A stretch of DNA of 64,000 nt from Anthoceros angustus. Taxonomy: Eukaryota; Plantae; Anthocerotophyta. Made by a program: the position numbers and the translations under genes. Every line of letters starts with the position of its first letter. Position 1 is the first letter of the stretch. The notes under the pieces are model-generated. The model saw only the letters and a program-made list of their open reading frames with translations, was not told where the DNA came from and did not search any database. The stretch lies in NCBI GenBank assembly GCA_010909165.1, contig MU008200.1:248001-312000 (forward strand), written 5' to 3'. Below are positions 51,230 to 62,995 of the stretch, one piece after another.

Positions 51230-52577
51230 TCCCCATATGCAGGCTGTTAATCTCATGCCTAGACCTAAGGATGTTGCTGCCTTAAGAGCGTTTCTAGGAC
51301 TCGTCAATTACTACCGCCGATTCATTAAGAACATGAGCGGCACGTGCAAGGCGCTGTATGATTTGCTTAAGAAGGGGATACAGTGGCAATGGGGAGAAGA
51401 GCAGGAACAGGCATGGCATGAGCTAAAGGCACAGTTGGCGGAAAGGCCGATGCTCAGAAGGCCTAACTTTGATAAGCCGTTTGTTCTATACACGGATAAG
51501 AGTGCAGCCGGGATTGGGGCTGTGCTTGCACAAGTAGATGGAGAAGGAAAGGAATGAGTCATTGCATATGCAAGTAGATCCAATAATTCTGCCGAAGCAA
51601 ATTACTCATCCTATGAAGGAGAGTATTTAGCTACAGTCTGGGCTGTTTTGCACTTTAGAGTCTACCTGTTTGGTAAGAGTTTTCAGCTCGTGACTGATCA
51701 TCAGCCATTGCACTGGCTGAAGACAAACATAAAGCTGAGTGGGAAGCTTTTGACTTTTGCTCTCAGTGACTTTTGCTCACAGTGTATGACATGCACATTG
51801 TGCACAAAGCAGGAAAGGTTCATCACAATGCTAATGGACTTAGCAGAAACCCAGTGAGCAATGATGGGGATACAATGGGTGCACGACAAGATTTTGGATT
51901 CGCCCAGATATGCCAAGTCTGTATATGGCACCCATGGCCATGGAACAGGAGGGAGAAAAACAGCTTGTTTAGGGTGGACGAGATATATGGAAGCATGGAC
52001 AAGCCATACAGCTGCTGAAGAACGGGCACGTAAGTGGCTTGGATGTTGCAGCACTTCAAAAGCTGCAACGAAGGATCGTGCGTTACACATGGAAGAATGG
52101 TAATGTCGTGACTAATCGTGGGGTAAGTAAGGAGGTACCGCCTGTGGAAGAAAGGGAGCAACCAGTGACCGAAGTACATAGGACACTTGGGCACTTCGGT
52201 GTGATACTTTATATGCTGAAGAATGTGTATTTTTGGTCAGGAATGTCTGCTGATTTCGAGCAGGTGGTGGCCAAGTGTGCTGCTTATGATGCAGTGAAAG
52301 CAAGATTCAACAGTCAGGACGCGATATTGCATTCACTGCCCATCAGAGGACCCTTTTTCAGATGGTGTATTGATCTGATGCTTGAATTACCAATGACAAG
52401 GCAGGGCAATAAACACTGCATGTTGATGATAGAACATTTTTGAAATGGGTGGAGCTGGCTTTCCTCCCATTTAGAACCTCACGGTATACGGCTCGAGCAT
52501 TTCTATAGTGTGTCTTGAGTAGATATAGGAGCTGTGCCGAAGTGTTAATAGACTAGGGCAGCGAGTTTCGTGGTGAG
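51230..52577 (+). pseudogene. Non-chromovirus Ty3/gypsy pol fragment (RT end, RNase H, integrase to mid-core)
   Basis: Translation gives LRAFLGLVNYYRRF, FVLYTD, AYASRSNNSAEANYSSYEGE, TDHQPL, H...GHFG, LPIRGPFFRWCIDL and D*GSEFRGE, then homology is abruptly lost at 52577. Confidence 0.92.
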
Positions 52578-55500
52578 TGTGGAACACCGAATTTTGGGTC
52601 CACGGTTAGAAGAGAGGCGGATGCCTCCTAGTTTTGTTCATATTAGTTAGGTTTCATTTTTCTTTTCTTTTTTCTTTTTCTCATCGAGAGGATTCTTGTG
52701 GGAAGAGCGAGATTACCCGATTGGGAAGCGGGAGGACAAGATGGCAGTCCCCCGACTGGACGGACGGAATGGAGAAAAAACCGGACCTAAGGAAAGGTCC
52801 AACGGCTAGTCAGGACGGAGGCAGTCGGGAGGGTGAAACCTTCAGCGAGGAGACAGGTTGCAATTCCGAACAGTCAGGGTTGGTACCAGGCTTGGGAGCG
52901 GTGGCGCCAAATCACTCCCCGGCCGCGTCAGACTGAACATGCAGCGGGAGTAAGTCCCTACTCCAGCTAAGACGCGCCTTGAAGGATATTTTAATAAAGG
53001 CGAATGATGGCGAGAGGAAGGAAAGGCGCAAGAGGAGGCTGGAGTGAGCGCATGCAAGGCATATATAGAGGAATTGTCCTTGGCGCTCGGAGGAGGAAAA
53101 TCGGGCGCTGTCCTTGGCCTTTGGCAAATTTCGGACAGGCTGAAGATTGAGCAGTGACGGTTTTAGGGCTGCACGTGGCGTGTGGCGATGGGCCAGCGTG
53201 AAATGGGGAGGCAGATAAGATTGCTGACCTCAAGTGGAAGCTTTTTACAAGGATAGTGCTAGGGCTGACCTGCTGTCAGCGAACCACTTACTTCAGTAGT
53301 GCGTTCTTTCATTTTATGTGGAAGTTGAAGCAAGGAGCTCGGCTGAGGGGCCATCTTGTGACCTTTTTGAGCATCAAGGACAATTGAGGCCAAACTTCGT
53401 GGACAATGAAGGAGCAAGACACAGCCATTTGAGCACTTACCTGGTGCAGTTGTGGGCGACACATGGGTTACTCACAGAAGAGGAGCTGGAGGAGTCTTAC
53501 CAGCCGTTTGAAGTAGTCCCTCTGCGGGATGGTACAGGGGTCCCTCTCCAGAAAAAGGTTAAGAAGGCAGAGGAGGAACCCAAGGTGGAGCAAGGGAGTG
53601 CTTCACCTCAGGTGGTGATCTTGGATGATGAGACCACGCCGGCGTCTGATGCCAAGGAAGAAGAGATGCCTGTCGTCCAGGAGGAGACAGTGGCACGAAA
53701 GGAAGAGGTGGTAGTGCCACCAAATGTACAGGAGGCACCCCCCCATGGAGCAGGATGGTGGAGCTAACCCACCCCAGGAGATAACAGAGTCACAAGAGTC
53801 CCACGCAACATCATTAGTCAGGAGCGGAGAGACTGCCCAACGGGAAAAAGGCAGTCGGAGTCGACCCTAGGAGGGGAATGAGAAAACTAAGGCTTTGAAG
53901 GATCTGCTGACCATCTGTCAGCTAATTGACACTCCACTGGTGAAACAGGCCTTACAGGAGGTAGAGGAATTGGAAGTGAGAGCTGTCGTCAGGACAGCCG
54001 AGGTGATTGCCCTACAGTCAGGTGGGGAGAAGGATAGCAAAGCTATCAAGGAGATGGCGCTGGCGAAGGGGCGCCTAGTTGACCTGGAAGGAAAGTTGGG
54101 GCTCAGCAAGATTGAGGAGCAAAGGCTAAGACAAGAAAGTAGGGAGCGTGTAAAGGAAGTGGCCACCCTCAATTTTCTGATTGAGGAGACTGTCCGATGT
54201 GGGAAGGAGTGGCATCATCAACTCGGCCCTTGAGTGAGAAGAAGCGAATGGGATGCCGAGGCATGGAGGAGGAGGCTGCCCAAGCCAAGAATAAAGAACT
54301 GGAGACCAAGCTCAAGGAGTTGGAGGAAGGACAGGCCACTTGGAGCAAGGAACGTGAGGAGCTCACAAAACAAGCTACGGAGGCTGACCAACGCTGGAAG
54401 GAAGAGGTGGCCCACCAGAGGAAGATCATGCATCGCATGCTGGTCGTCATGAAGCAATGCTTCCAGGCTGACTATGCTTGGCAACAGAGGATTCTAGAAG
54501 CATGGAAGAGAGATGCGGACGAGAATGTTACCTTACAGCTTTGTTTGAGTGAGGTGACACTCGAGAGGGATGCTTTGCGTAGCAAATTAGCCTCAAGAGA
54601 ATGGCCTGAGGAATTTGATGAGATTTGTTTGAAGGGCCAGGAGATGTAGGTCCACCTATATGCCAGGGTCAACAAGCTCGCCAAGGAGATGCGCTCCTTG
54701 TTGACAAGGAAGTTGCTGGGTCCCCACGATGACGACAGGGAGATTTTGGAGGAATTGCGACCCTCAGCTTCGGAGATTCAAGACCTGGAGAGTGAAATGG
54801 ATGCAGAGGGCTCAGTTTGGGAGGAGCCAATGGAGGAGGAGGTTTCCAGCCAGACGGTAGGGTTGGTGGGGCTGTCTGGCGGCGGGACAGGAGTTGCACC
54901 AACACCCAACCCGCCTTGAAGTAATTCGTGGGAGCAGTTACTCTGAGAGAGGCGGTGCCTCTGCAAGAGCGCCCGCAAGAGGGGACGTTCAGCTTGTCGG
55001 CAGCCAGTCAGAGACAAACATGAAGGCTCCTGTCGCGGTGACGGGAGAGAAGATTGATCGGGAACAGTCCCGTGAAAGAAGGAAGGCAGGTGTGGCACAG
55101 CCATGCCAATGCCCAAGAAGAAGTAGGGTAGGAAAACAGTTGGTAAGGGAGTGAAGGGGTCATCAAGACCCATAGGGGGTTAGTGGGATTGTTAGGAAGG
55201 TAGGTTAAGAACCTTTAAGAGGCCACCTAGTTGAAACCGTAAGCAAACCCCACCAACCCCCCAGACTTAATTAATGCTAGGGTTTGGGGGAGTTCCTATG
55301 AGAGGGAGAGGAACTCCGATAATGAAATGTCATGCCTTGCTCTCCTAACCTGTGTGTGCTTGTTTGCTACGCAAGCGTGCATGCCGACCGTGTGAGGGTG
55401 CATGGTGTCTGGTAGGGTCTTGAGGTGCGGTGACCAGGGCAAGGGCTAGGCCCACGCCTTTCTTTGTTGAGGTAGCAGCTGGGAAGTGTTTGAGCGGTGA

Positions 55501-58500
55501 GGGAGCGGCGTTGTGGCTGCAGAGACGGTGCGTCAGGCTGGTGAAGGGAGGTCCCTAGTAAATTCCAGCGCGCGAGAGGTCTGCTGCAGCTAGATGTCTG
55601 GCCTAGGACCGTGAGGGCACTGCCCTATGATCTGAGGCAGCTAGTGGGGAGCCAGGAGGGTGCCCAGGGCTGATAGGTAGCTAGGAAGAGTGGAAGAGGT
55701 AGATTAGAGAAGAGAGGAGAAAAGAGAGAAAAAAGAGAAAAGAGAAGCGAGAGCGAGAGAGAAAGCGAGAGAGGACGAGAGAGCTGCTAGAGAGGATAGG
55801 GAGCAAGCACGGAAGGAAGAGGTGGCCCACCAGGAGGAAGATCATGCATCGCATGCTGGTCGTCATGAAGCAATGCTTCCAGGCTGACTATGCTTGGCAA
55901 CAGGATTCTAGAAGCATGGAAGAGATGCGGACGAGAATGTTACCTTACAGCTTTGTTTGAGTGAGGTGACACTCGAGAGGGATGCTTTGCGTTGCAAATT
56001 AGCCTCAAGAGAATGGCCTGAGGAATTTGATGAGATTTGTTTGAAGGGCCAGGAGATGTAGGTCCACCTATATGCCGGTCAACAAGCTCTAAGGAGATCG
56101 CTCCTTGTTGACAAGGAAGTTCTTTGAGTCCCCACGATGGCAGGAGATTTTGGAGGAATTGCGACCCTCAGCTTCGGAGATTCAAGACCTGGAGAGTGAA
56201 ATGGATGCAGAGGGCTCAGTTTGGGAGGAGCCAATGGAGGAGGTTTCGGCCAGACGGAGGTTGTGGGCCTGCAGGCGGGACAGGAGTTGCACCAACACCC
56301 AACCCGCCTTGAAGTAATTGCGGCGGCAGCAGTACAGGTTGCTACAGAGAGGCCGGTGCCTCTGCAAGAGCGCCCCGCAAGAGGGGACGTTTAGCTCCGG
56401 CAGCCAGTCAGACAAACATGAGAAGGCTCACATCGCGGTGTGACGGAGAGAGATTGATCGGGAACAGTCCCGTGAAAGAAGAGGAAGGCGGTGGCGGGCA
56501 CGCTGGCCCAATGCCAAGAAGTAGGGTAGGAGAAAGCGGTTGGTAAGGAGTGAAGGGTCATCAAGACCCATAGGGGTTAGTGGGATTGTTAGGAAGGTAG
56601 GTTAAGAACCTTTAAGAGGCCACCTAGTTGAAACCGTAAGCAAACCCCACCAACCCCGGACAATTAATGCTAGGGTTTGGGGAGTTCCTATGAGAGGAGA
56701 GGAACTCCGATGAAATGTCATGCCTTGCTCTCCTAACTTTGTGTGCTTGTTTGCTACATAGCGTGCATCTTCCGTGTGAGGGTGCATGGTGGCTGGTAGG
56801 GTCTTGAGGTGCGGTGACCAGGGCAAGGGCTAGGCCCACGCCTTTCTTTGTTGAGGTAGCAGCTGGGAAGTGTTTGAGTGGTGAGGAAGCGGTGCTGTGG
56901 CTGCAGAGACGGTGCGTCAGGTTGGTGAAGGGAGGTCCCTAGTAAATTCCAGCGGTCGAGAGGTCTGCTGCAGCTAGATGTCTGGCCTAGGACCGTGAGG
57001 GCACTGCCCTATGATCTGAGGCAGCTGGTGGGGAGCCAGGAGGTGCCAGTGATGGGTAGCTAGGAAGAGTGGAAGAGGTAGATTAGAGAGAGGAGAGAAA
57101 AGAAAAGAAGCGAGGCGAGAGAGGACGAGAGAGCTGCTAGAGAGGATAGGGAGCAAGCACGGAGAAGGAAGGAGCAAGAGAGAAAAGACAAATAGAGAAG
57201 AGAGGAGGAAGAAAAGTGTGAGAGTAATCTAGAAAAGAGAAGGGGGTGAAATTTCAAGGGCTGTGACAAGAGTTTGAGGGGGAGGCCCCAAATTTGTCAA
57301 GAGAAGGGTCTTAGGAAGTGTAGGATTTGCGCTGGTGGGAGGATTGTCCACTGCGCGGTGGCCTAGGGGGTCCCCGTGGTCGCCGCTACAGTTTGGGCGG
57401 TGCCTCTCGCAACGTAGGTCCGTGCCGCTGGAGTCATCGCGGCGTAGGGTAGTGTGACTTACCTAGTGTGGGTCACCCGGGCAGGCGCCGAGGAGGCGAT
57501 TAGTCGATCGGTGCCTGTCGGGGAGGTTAGTAGAGTCGAGTAGAGTCGAGAGGTCGTCGGGGCGCACCCTCCATCCGTGTGGGGAAGGGCTCCCCCACTC
57601 CTTCGTGGGAAGCGAAACCCTCAGCCTGGCCGACGGTGGGATAAGTGTGGCCGCTGAGGCTGAGGGTTCCGGGGTCCCGGAACCTCCCACCACATTTTGG
57701 CGCCGTTGCGGGGTGGTTGTGAGTTTTTTCTTTGTTCGAATGGAGAGTGTGAAGATGTCGTCGATGGCCGAAAGGCGTGGTGAGCGAAGAGCATCCGGAG
57801 GAAGGTCATCTCCATATATTTCACCAAGAGAGTTGCTAGCACGGAGAAGGAAGGAGCAAGAGAGAAAAGACAAATAGAGAAGAGGAGGAAGAAAAGTGTG
57901 AGTAATCTAGAAAGAGAAGGTGAAATTTCAAGGGCTGTGACAAGAGTTTGAGGAGGCCCCAAATTTGTCAAGAGAAGGGTCTTAGGAAGTGTAGGATTTG
58001 CGCTGGTGGGAGGATTGTCCACCGGTGGCCTAGGGGTCCCAAGTCGCCCGCTCTGATTAGGCGGTGCCTCTCATAGCGTGAGGTCCGTGCAGAGTCATCG
58101 CGGCGTAGGGTAGTGTGACTTACCTAGTGTGGGTCACCCGGGCGCCGAGGAGGCGATTAGTCGATCAGGCCTCACGGGAGGTTAGTAGAGTCAGAGAGTA
58201 GAGTCAGAGAGGTCAGTCAGGGAGGGCGCACCCTCCATCCGTGTGGGGAAGGGCTCCCCCACTCCTTCGTGGGAGCAAACCTCTTGCCTGGCCAGCGGTG
58301 GGATAAGTGTGGCCGCTACAGGGCTGAGGGTTCCGGGGGTCCCGGGAACCTCCCACCACATTTTTGGCGCCGTTGCCGGGGAGTGGGTTGTGAGTTTTTT
58401 TTTCTTTGTTCGAATGGAGAGTGTGAAGATGTACGTCGATGACCGAAAGACGTGGTGAACGAAGAGCATCCGGAGGAAGGTCATCTCCATATATTTCACC

Positions 58501-59424
58501 AAGAGAGTTGCTAGCAGCACGGAGGAATCAATTGCGAGAAGGAAGTTTGGGAGAATTGCGCGATCGAGAGGAGGAAGTGGATTTTGTGCCTTCGCTCGAC
58601 GCACTTGAAGAACAAGATTTTGCACTTCACAATGAAGGTGAAGAGTTAGAAGAACCGAGAGGAGACGACTCAGTGATACAGGGAGTACGGAGTGACACAT
58701 TGGAGAGGACAGATCTACGGAAGTCCTGAAGACAACAATCAGACGGTACCCTCCAGGGAGGCAGACACGTCGCGAGGTGTACCAGCGGAAGGTCAGGCGG
58801 CAGTTTCACCGTTCGCCAGTAGACAGACACCCAGTGGTGGTGTCCAGTTTGTCAGTGTTGAGAGCAGCGCAAGGGGGTGCAACACCCCAGACAGTCAGCG
58901 TGCCCAACATGAGTGGAGTCGGTGCAGCGGGAGGCACCACGGTAGGAGGAGGTGGCTCATTGCAGCCACATAGTCGACAGCAGTATGTGAAGTTTGGAGA
59001 CAAGAAGAAGGGAGACGATGCAGAGGCTTTTATTCGCACGTTTGAGCATGTCTCTCATGCTAATTGAGAAGATTCAGCGGCGGACCGTTTGCGAATTTTT
59101 CTGGGTTTGTTAAGAGGACACGCACAACAGTGGTACAGTAGGACGTATGGGACTGCACCACCGACAGATTGGGACGACTTCAAATCAGAGTTCCTAACAA
59201 GGTTCAGAGGGTTTAGTCACGGACATCATCAATTGGCGAGATTGAGGACTCTCCGCAGGAGAAAGAAGGAAACGCTGTATGATTATGTGGAGAGGTTCTA
59301 CAGTTACTTGGATCGCGTTCCAAGGTGTAGACCAGTTGTTCCAGGAGGTCCAACCACATTAGGCTATTCGGATGAGCAGGCGTTAGATTGGTTTGTAAGT
59401 GGTTTGTCCACTAAGATGAATCCG
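52578..59424 (+). mobile_element. Family-A-related Ty3/gypsy (Athila/Tat-like): extra ORF, PPT, LTR, PBS, gag
   Basis: TGTGG at 52578 is followed by a degenerate extra ORF at about 52741-54919, then PPT GAAAGAAGGAAGGCAGG and TGTGG at 55091. The LTR end CCACCACA occurs at 57694 and, duplicated, at 58360. PBS TGGCGCCGTTGCCGGGGA is at 58365-58382. Gag spans about 58414-59424 (DAEAFIRTFE, LRGHAQQWY, WDDFKSEFLTRF). Confidence 0.88.
54396..58520 (+). repeat. Two consecutive tandem duplications (54396-55810 / 55811-57160 and about 57160-57840 / 57841-58520)
   Basis: Aligned by eye. The copies differ mostly by small indels. Confidence 0.9.
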
Positions 59425-59720
59425 TAAGCATGCCTGTCCCCTCTCGCAGCTTCTGCATCCTGCAGAAGGCCATTTGAACTGTCTCCCCCTTCTTCCTCAC
59501 AAAATTTGTGAGTTTGAATATCTTCTCCAGAGTCTTGAGTGGGAATGTCTTCTCCAAAATTGCCAGGAACTCATCCACCCAGTTGGCGTACTTCGGAGTC
59601 TGAGTGTACTCTTGGATTCCTTGCGTGGCAGTTGTCCTTTCAATTGGAGTCAATGCCACCACCGTCGGCGGTGCTACCGTGGTGGGCGTGGTCCCTGCTG
59701 CAACTCCGGTCTGATGCACC
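59425..59720 (-). pseudogene. Retrotransposon gag fragment (opposite strand)
   Basis: ORF 59411-59719 contains WVDEFLAILEKTF...LTNFVRKKGETVQMAFCRMQKL, which fits the retrotransposon gag pattern. Confidence 0.6.
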
Positions 59721-59811
59721 TGTATGGCTGCTGCGAACCGTTGCCGCTAAGGAAGGCAAATTGAGTCTTGATGACTTGATCAAGCTCAATAAAAAGAAAG
59801 CAAGGCGTGGC

Positions 59812-59996
59812 GGGTGAGACCAGCTAGCTATAGCAGGTTTAGCTCCTTGACTATTGACTTTATGTTGTTTGCTCAAAGTTGCTATTTATTTGTGTTTTAA
59901 AGCCTTGTTTAGGTGGTCTTAGTTTTGCAATTTTGAACACTTGCTTTCTTGATACTTCTGACCCTCTTGAAGCATGGCTAGCTTCCAATCTCAACA
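59812..59996 (+). mobile_element. 3' part of a copia-1 family LTR (duplicated at 60645-60828)
   Basis: Reverse complement of 21451-21633; ends TCTCAACA with no PBS after it. Confidence 0.85.
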
Positions 59997-60829
59997 GCTA
60001 GAGCAAGTGATTTGAGGACATTCATGGAGAGAGCAAGCAAGAGCAAGGGATTTGAGGACATTCATGGAGAGAGCAGGCAAGAGCAAGGGATTTGAGGACA
60101 TTCATGGAGAGCAGGCAAGTGTGCTGCAAGCCTGTGTTGAGAGAGAGTTGTGGAGAGGTTCTCACGATTACTTGGATCGCGTTCCAAGGTGTAGACCAGT
60201 TGTTCCAGGAGGTCCAACCACATTAGGCTATTCGGATGAGCAGGCGTTAGATTGGTTTGTAAGTGGTTTGTCCACTAAGATGAATGTAAGCATGCTGTCC
60301 CTCTCTTCGCATCCTGCAGAAGGCCATTTGAACTCTCCCCTTCTTCCTCACAAAATTTGTGAGTTTGAATATCTTCTCGAGTCTTGAGTGGGAATGTCTT
60401 CTCCAAAATTGCCAGGAACTCATCCACCCGGTTGGCGTGAGTCGAGTGTACTCTTGGATTCCTTGCGTGGCGTTGTCCTTTCAATTGGAGTCAATGCCAC
60501 CACCGTCGGTGCTACCGTGGTGGGCGTGGTCCCTGCTGCAACTCGATGCGATGCACCTGTATGGCTGCTGCGAACCGTTGCCGCTAAGGAAGGCAAATTG
60601 AGTCTTGATGACTTGATCAAGCTCAATAAAAAGAAAGGCGTGGCGGGTGAGACCAGCTAGCTATGCAGGTTTAGCTCCTTGACTATTGACTTTATGTTGT
60701 TTGCTCAAAGTTGCTATTTATTTGTGTTTTAAAGCCTTGTTTAGGTGGTCTTAGTTTTGCAATTTTGAACACTTGCTTTCTTGATACTTCTGACCCTCTT
60801 GAAGCATGGCTAGCTTCCAATCTCAACAG

Positions 60830-62995
60830 CTAGAGCAAGTGATTTGAGGACATTCATGGAGAGAGCAAGCAAGAGCAAGGGATTTGAGGACATTCATGGA
60901 GAGAGCAGGCAAGAGCAAGGGATTTGAGGACATTCATGGAGAGAGCAGGCAAGTGTGCGCTGCAAGCCTTGTGTTGAGAGAGAGTTGTGGAGAGCTTAGC
61001 TAGTGAGCTTATTGTTGAGTTAAGGGTAGTAGCCAGTTGGGCGTAGATAGCCAGACTCAAGTGTGTATTCAATCAATAAAGAGCAGCACCTCGAGGAGGT
61101 GGTCGGCGAGTCATTAGTGGACGGCAGGCCACTTGGAGCCTAGTGCTGCGTCATGAGGTTAAGAGTGCTGAAAATCATGCAAGTCTCTTGTGGGAGAATT
61201 GGCGAGGGCCTAGACCATTGGGAAGCCAGCACTTGTTGCTTCCTTACTGGCTGCATAGTGAGGAGCATTACTTTGTGGTATCAGAGCATAGTCCATTCCT
61301 CTGAGTGATTAGAGTGTGCACAAGATGGTCAATCAAAAGCGCAAGGAGATGCTGAAGAAGTAGAAGTCTCTCGCCGATCATCCACCTCAACCGCTTGAAG
61401 ATTTATCATCGTCAGAAGAAGAGGAAGTGAGAGTGCCACATAAGAACACAGCAGGCCCATCTGGAGAGAAGTTAGAAGATTAGAAGAAAAAGATGGTGGA
61501 TGTGCTTTATCAAGTTTTTCCACGTGTCTTGGAAGATGTGATGACTTCAAGGAAAAAGGCGAAGAAGAATCCAGAGTCCACAGCTCAACAAGGCGAAGAT
61601 GCGAATGATCAATAAGAAAAAATCTTTCCTGCAAATTGAACAGGCATCTTCAAAGTGGCTCCGAAGTCGAGTATTTTTGAAATTAGCTCTACCAGATAAG
61701 TATGAGGGAGAAAGAGATCTGCAAGTTATTGATTCTTGGATCTATTTCGTTGAGACTTATCTTACCTTATTTGGTCTTGAGCCGGAGTTCTACTTGGGTA
61801 TCGTTGGCCTTTCTAAAGGGTTATGCCTTGGTCCAGTGGCAGAGTTATAGTGCTACATTGCCCAAGGTAACAGAGCACATACAATTACAGATTGGACATC
61901 TTTCAAACAAGCCCTCAAGAAGCAGTTCCAACCTGTGAATGCTTCACGCTTGAATAGACAGCAGCTTGACAATATCAACAGACAGGTATTGTACGAGAAT
62001 ATGTAAGTGCCTTCAGTGAATCTGTCATGCATTGTACAACTATTAGTGAAGTTGATAAGCTGCACCGCTTCATGGCTGGTTTGAAAGATTGGGCTACTAA
62101 CATAATTGAGCTGCATAGATCTACATCGTTAGCAGAAGCTATCATAGCAGTAGGTGCCATTCTTGACACATTCCATTCTAATACATCCAACTCCTCCAGA
62201 AGATTTCGAGGCAATACCCGTGGTCGATATGCCCAAACTAGAAGAAGTTTTAATAGTGCCAGCAGAGGAGCTGCCAAGGACACTAGCGGATATGAAATTG
62301 CAAGAGGCAATTTAAGAGGAAATTTCTGTGGAAGAAATCGAGGAGCACGTAGAGGCCACGGAGTTTAGAGAATAGTCACAATGGGTTCTCGAAAAGGAGT
62401 CTGCTACTCTTGTGGAGAGCGAGCACATTATGCAAATGAATGCTTGAATGTTGAACAGACTCTCAACATCGTAGAAGGAGATCCACAGCCCCGAAGATTC
62501 AAGATCACAGAAGTGGCCGGATCCGAGGATCCCAAGTGACGGGATTGGCCACATGTCGCGAAGGCTGCATGTGGTGAGTTTCACGCAAACCTCATGGACT
62601 GCGGGAGATTGTTGGATTCCTAGCAGAGAGAGAAGCACTTGCTGTTCGTCGTAATGTACCAGAGTATTTGATAAAGGCTTTGTGGTTATGCAGATCCTGT
62701 CTGGGTTTCACGTGAAGATGTGCAACAAAGATCATGGATGATCTCGCGTTACATTGGAGGTCATTGAGGACAATGACATCTTCCCAGTGGGGGAGAGAGT
62801 AACGGCACTAGTGAAATAAGGTAGAAAAGTGAAAAGTTAAAAGAATTGCTATAGCCACTAATGAAGAGCTGCCTACAGAGGACTCTTAGTGATTAGTGGT
62901 CTATAAGAATCCCCAGAGTTAACAGCTACCTAGTTGAGGTCAGGCTGCGAGATATATAAGGGCTTTGAGGACACTCATGAAGAGAGCAGGCAAGC
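60830..62995 (+). mobile_element. Family B non-autonomous chromovirus-like element: partial 5' LTR, PBS, gag-zinc knuckle, chromodomain-like remnant, PPT, partial 3' LTR
   Basis: The LTR ends ATTACT at 61272 and PBS TGGTATCAGAGC is at 61276-61287. Gag runs from ATG 61325 (PDKYEGERD...DSWI..VETY, LHRFMAGLK, CYSCGERAHYANEC). EYLIK..GYADPVWVSREDV lies at about 62660-62720. PPT AGTGGGGGAGAG 62786-62797 is followed by LTR start AGTAACG at 62798. Confidence 0.82.

Larger units (their letters stand above)
59288..60990 (+). repeat. Tandem duplication of about 860 bp (59288-60150 / 60150-60990) including a 40-bp unit x3
   Basis: The gag tail, minus-strand gag fragment, copia-1 LTR piece and GATTTGAGGACATTCATGGAGAGAGC repeats all occur twice. 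Confidence 0.9.

Noticed and set aside
49817-51230. Possible solo LTR with TATA boxes near 50820-50845
   Set aside because: No partner LTR, PBS, PPT or TSD could be identified within the window.
58365-58382. tRNA gene fragments (also 36037, 43383, 61276, 21438)
   Set aside because: These are short primer-binding sites adjacent to LTR ends, not tRNA genes.
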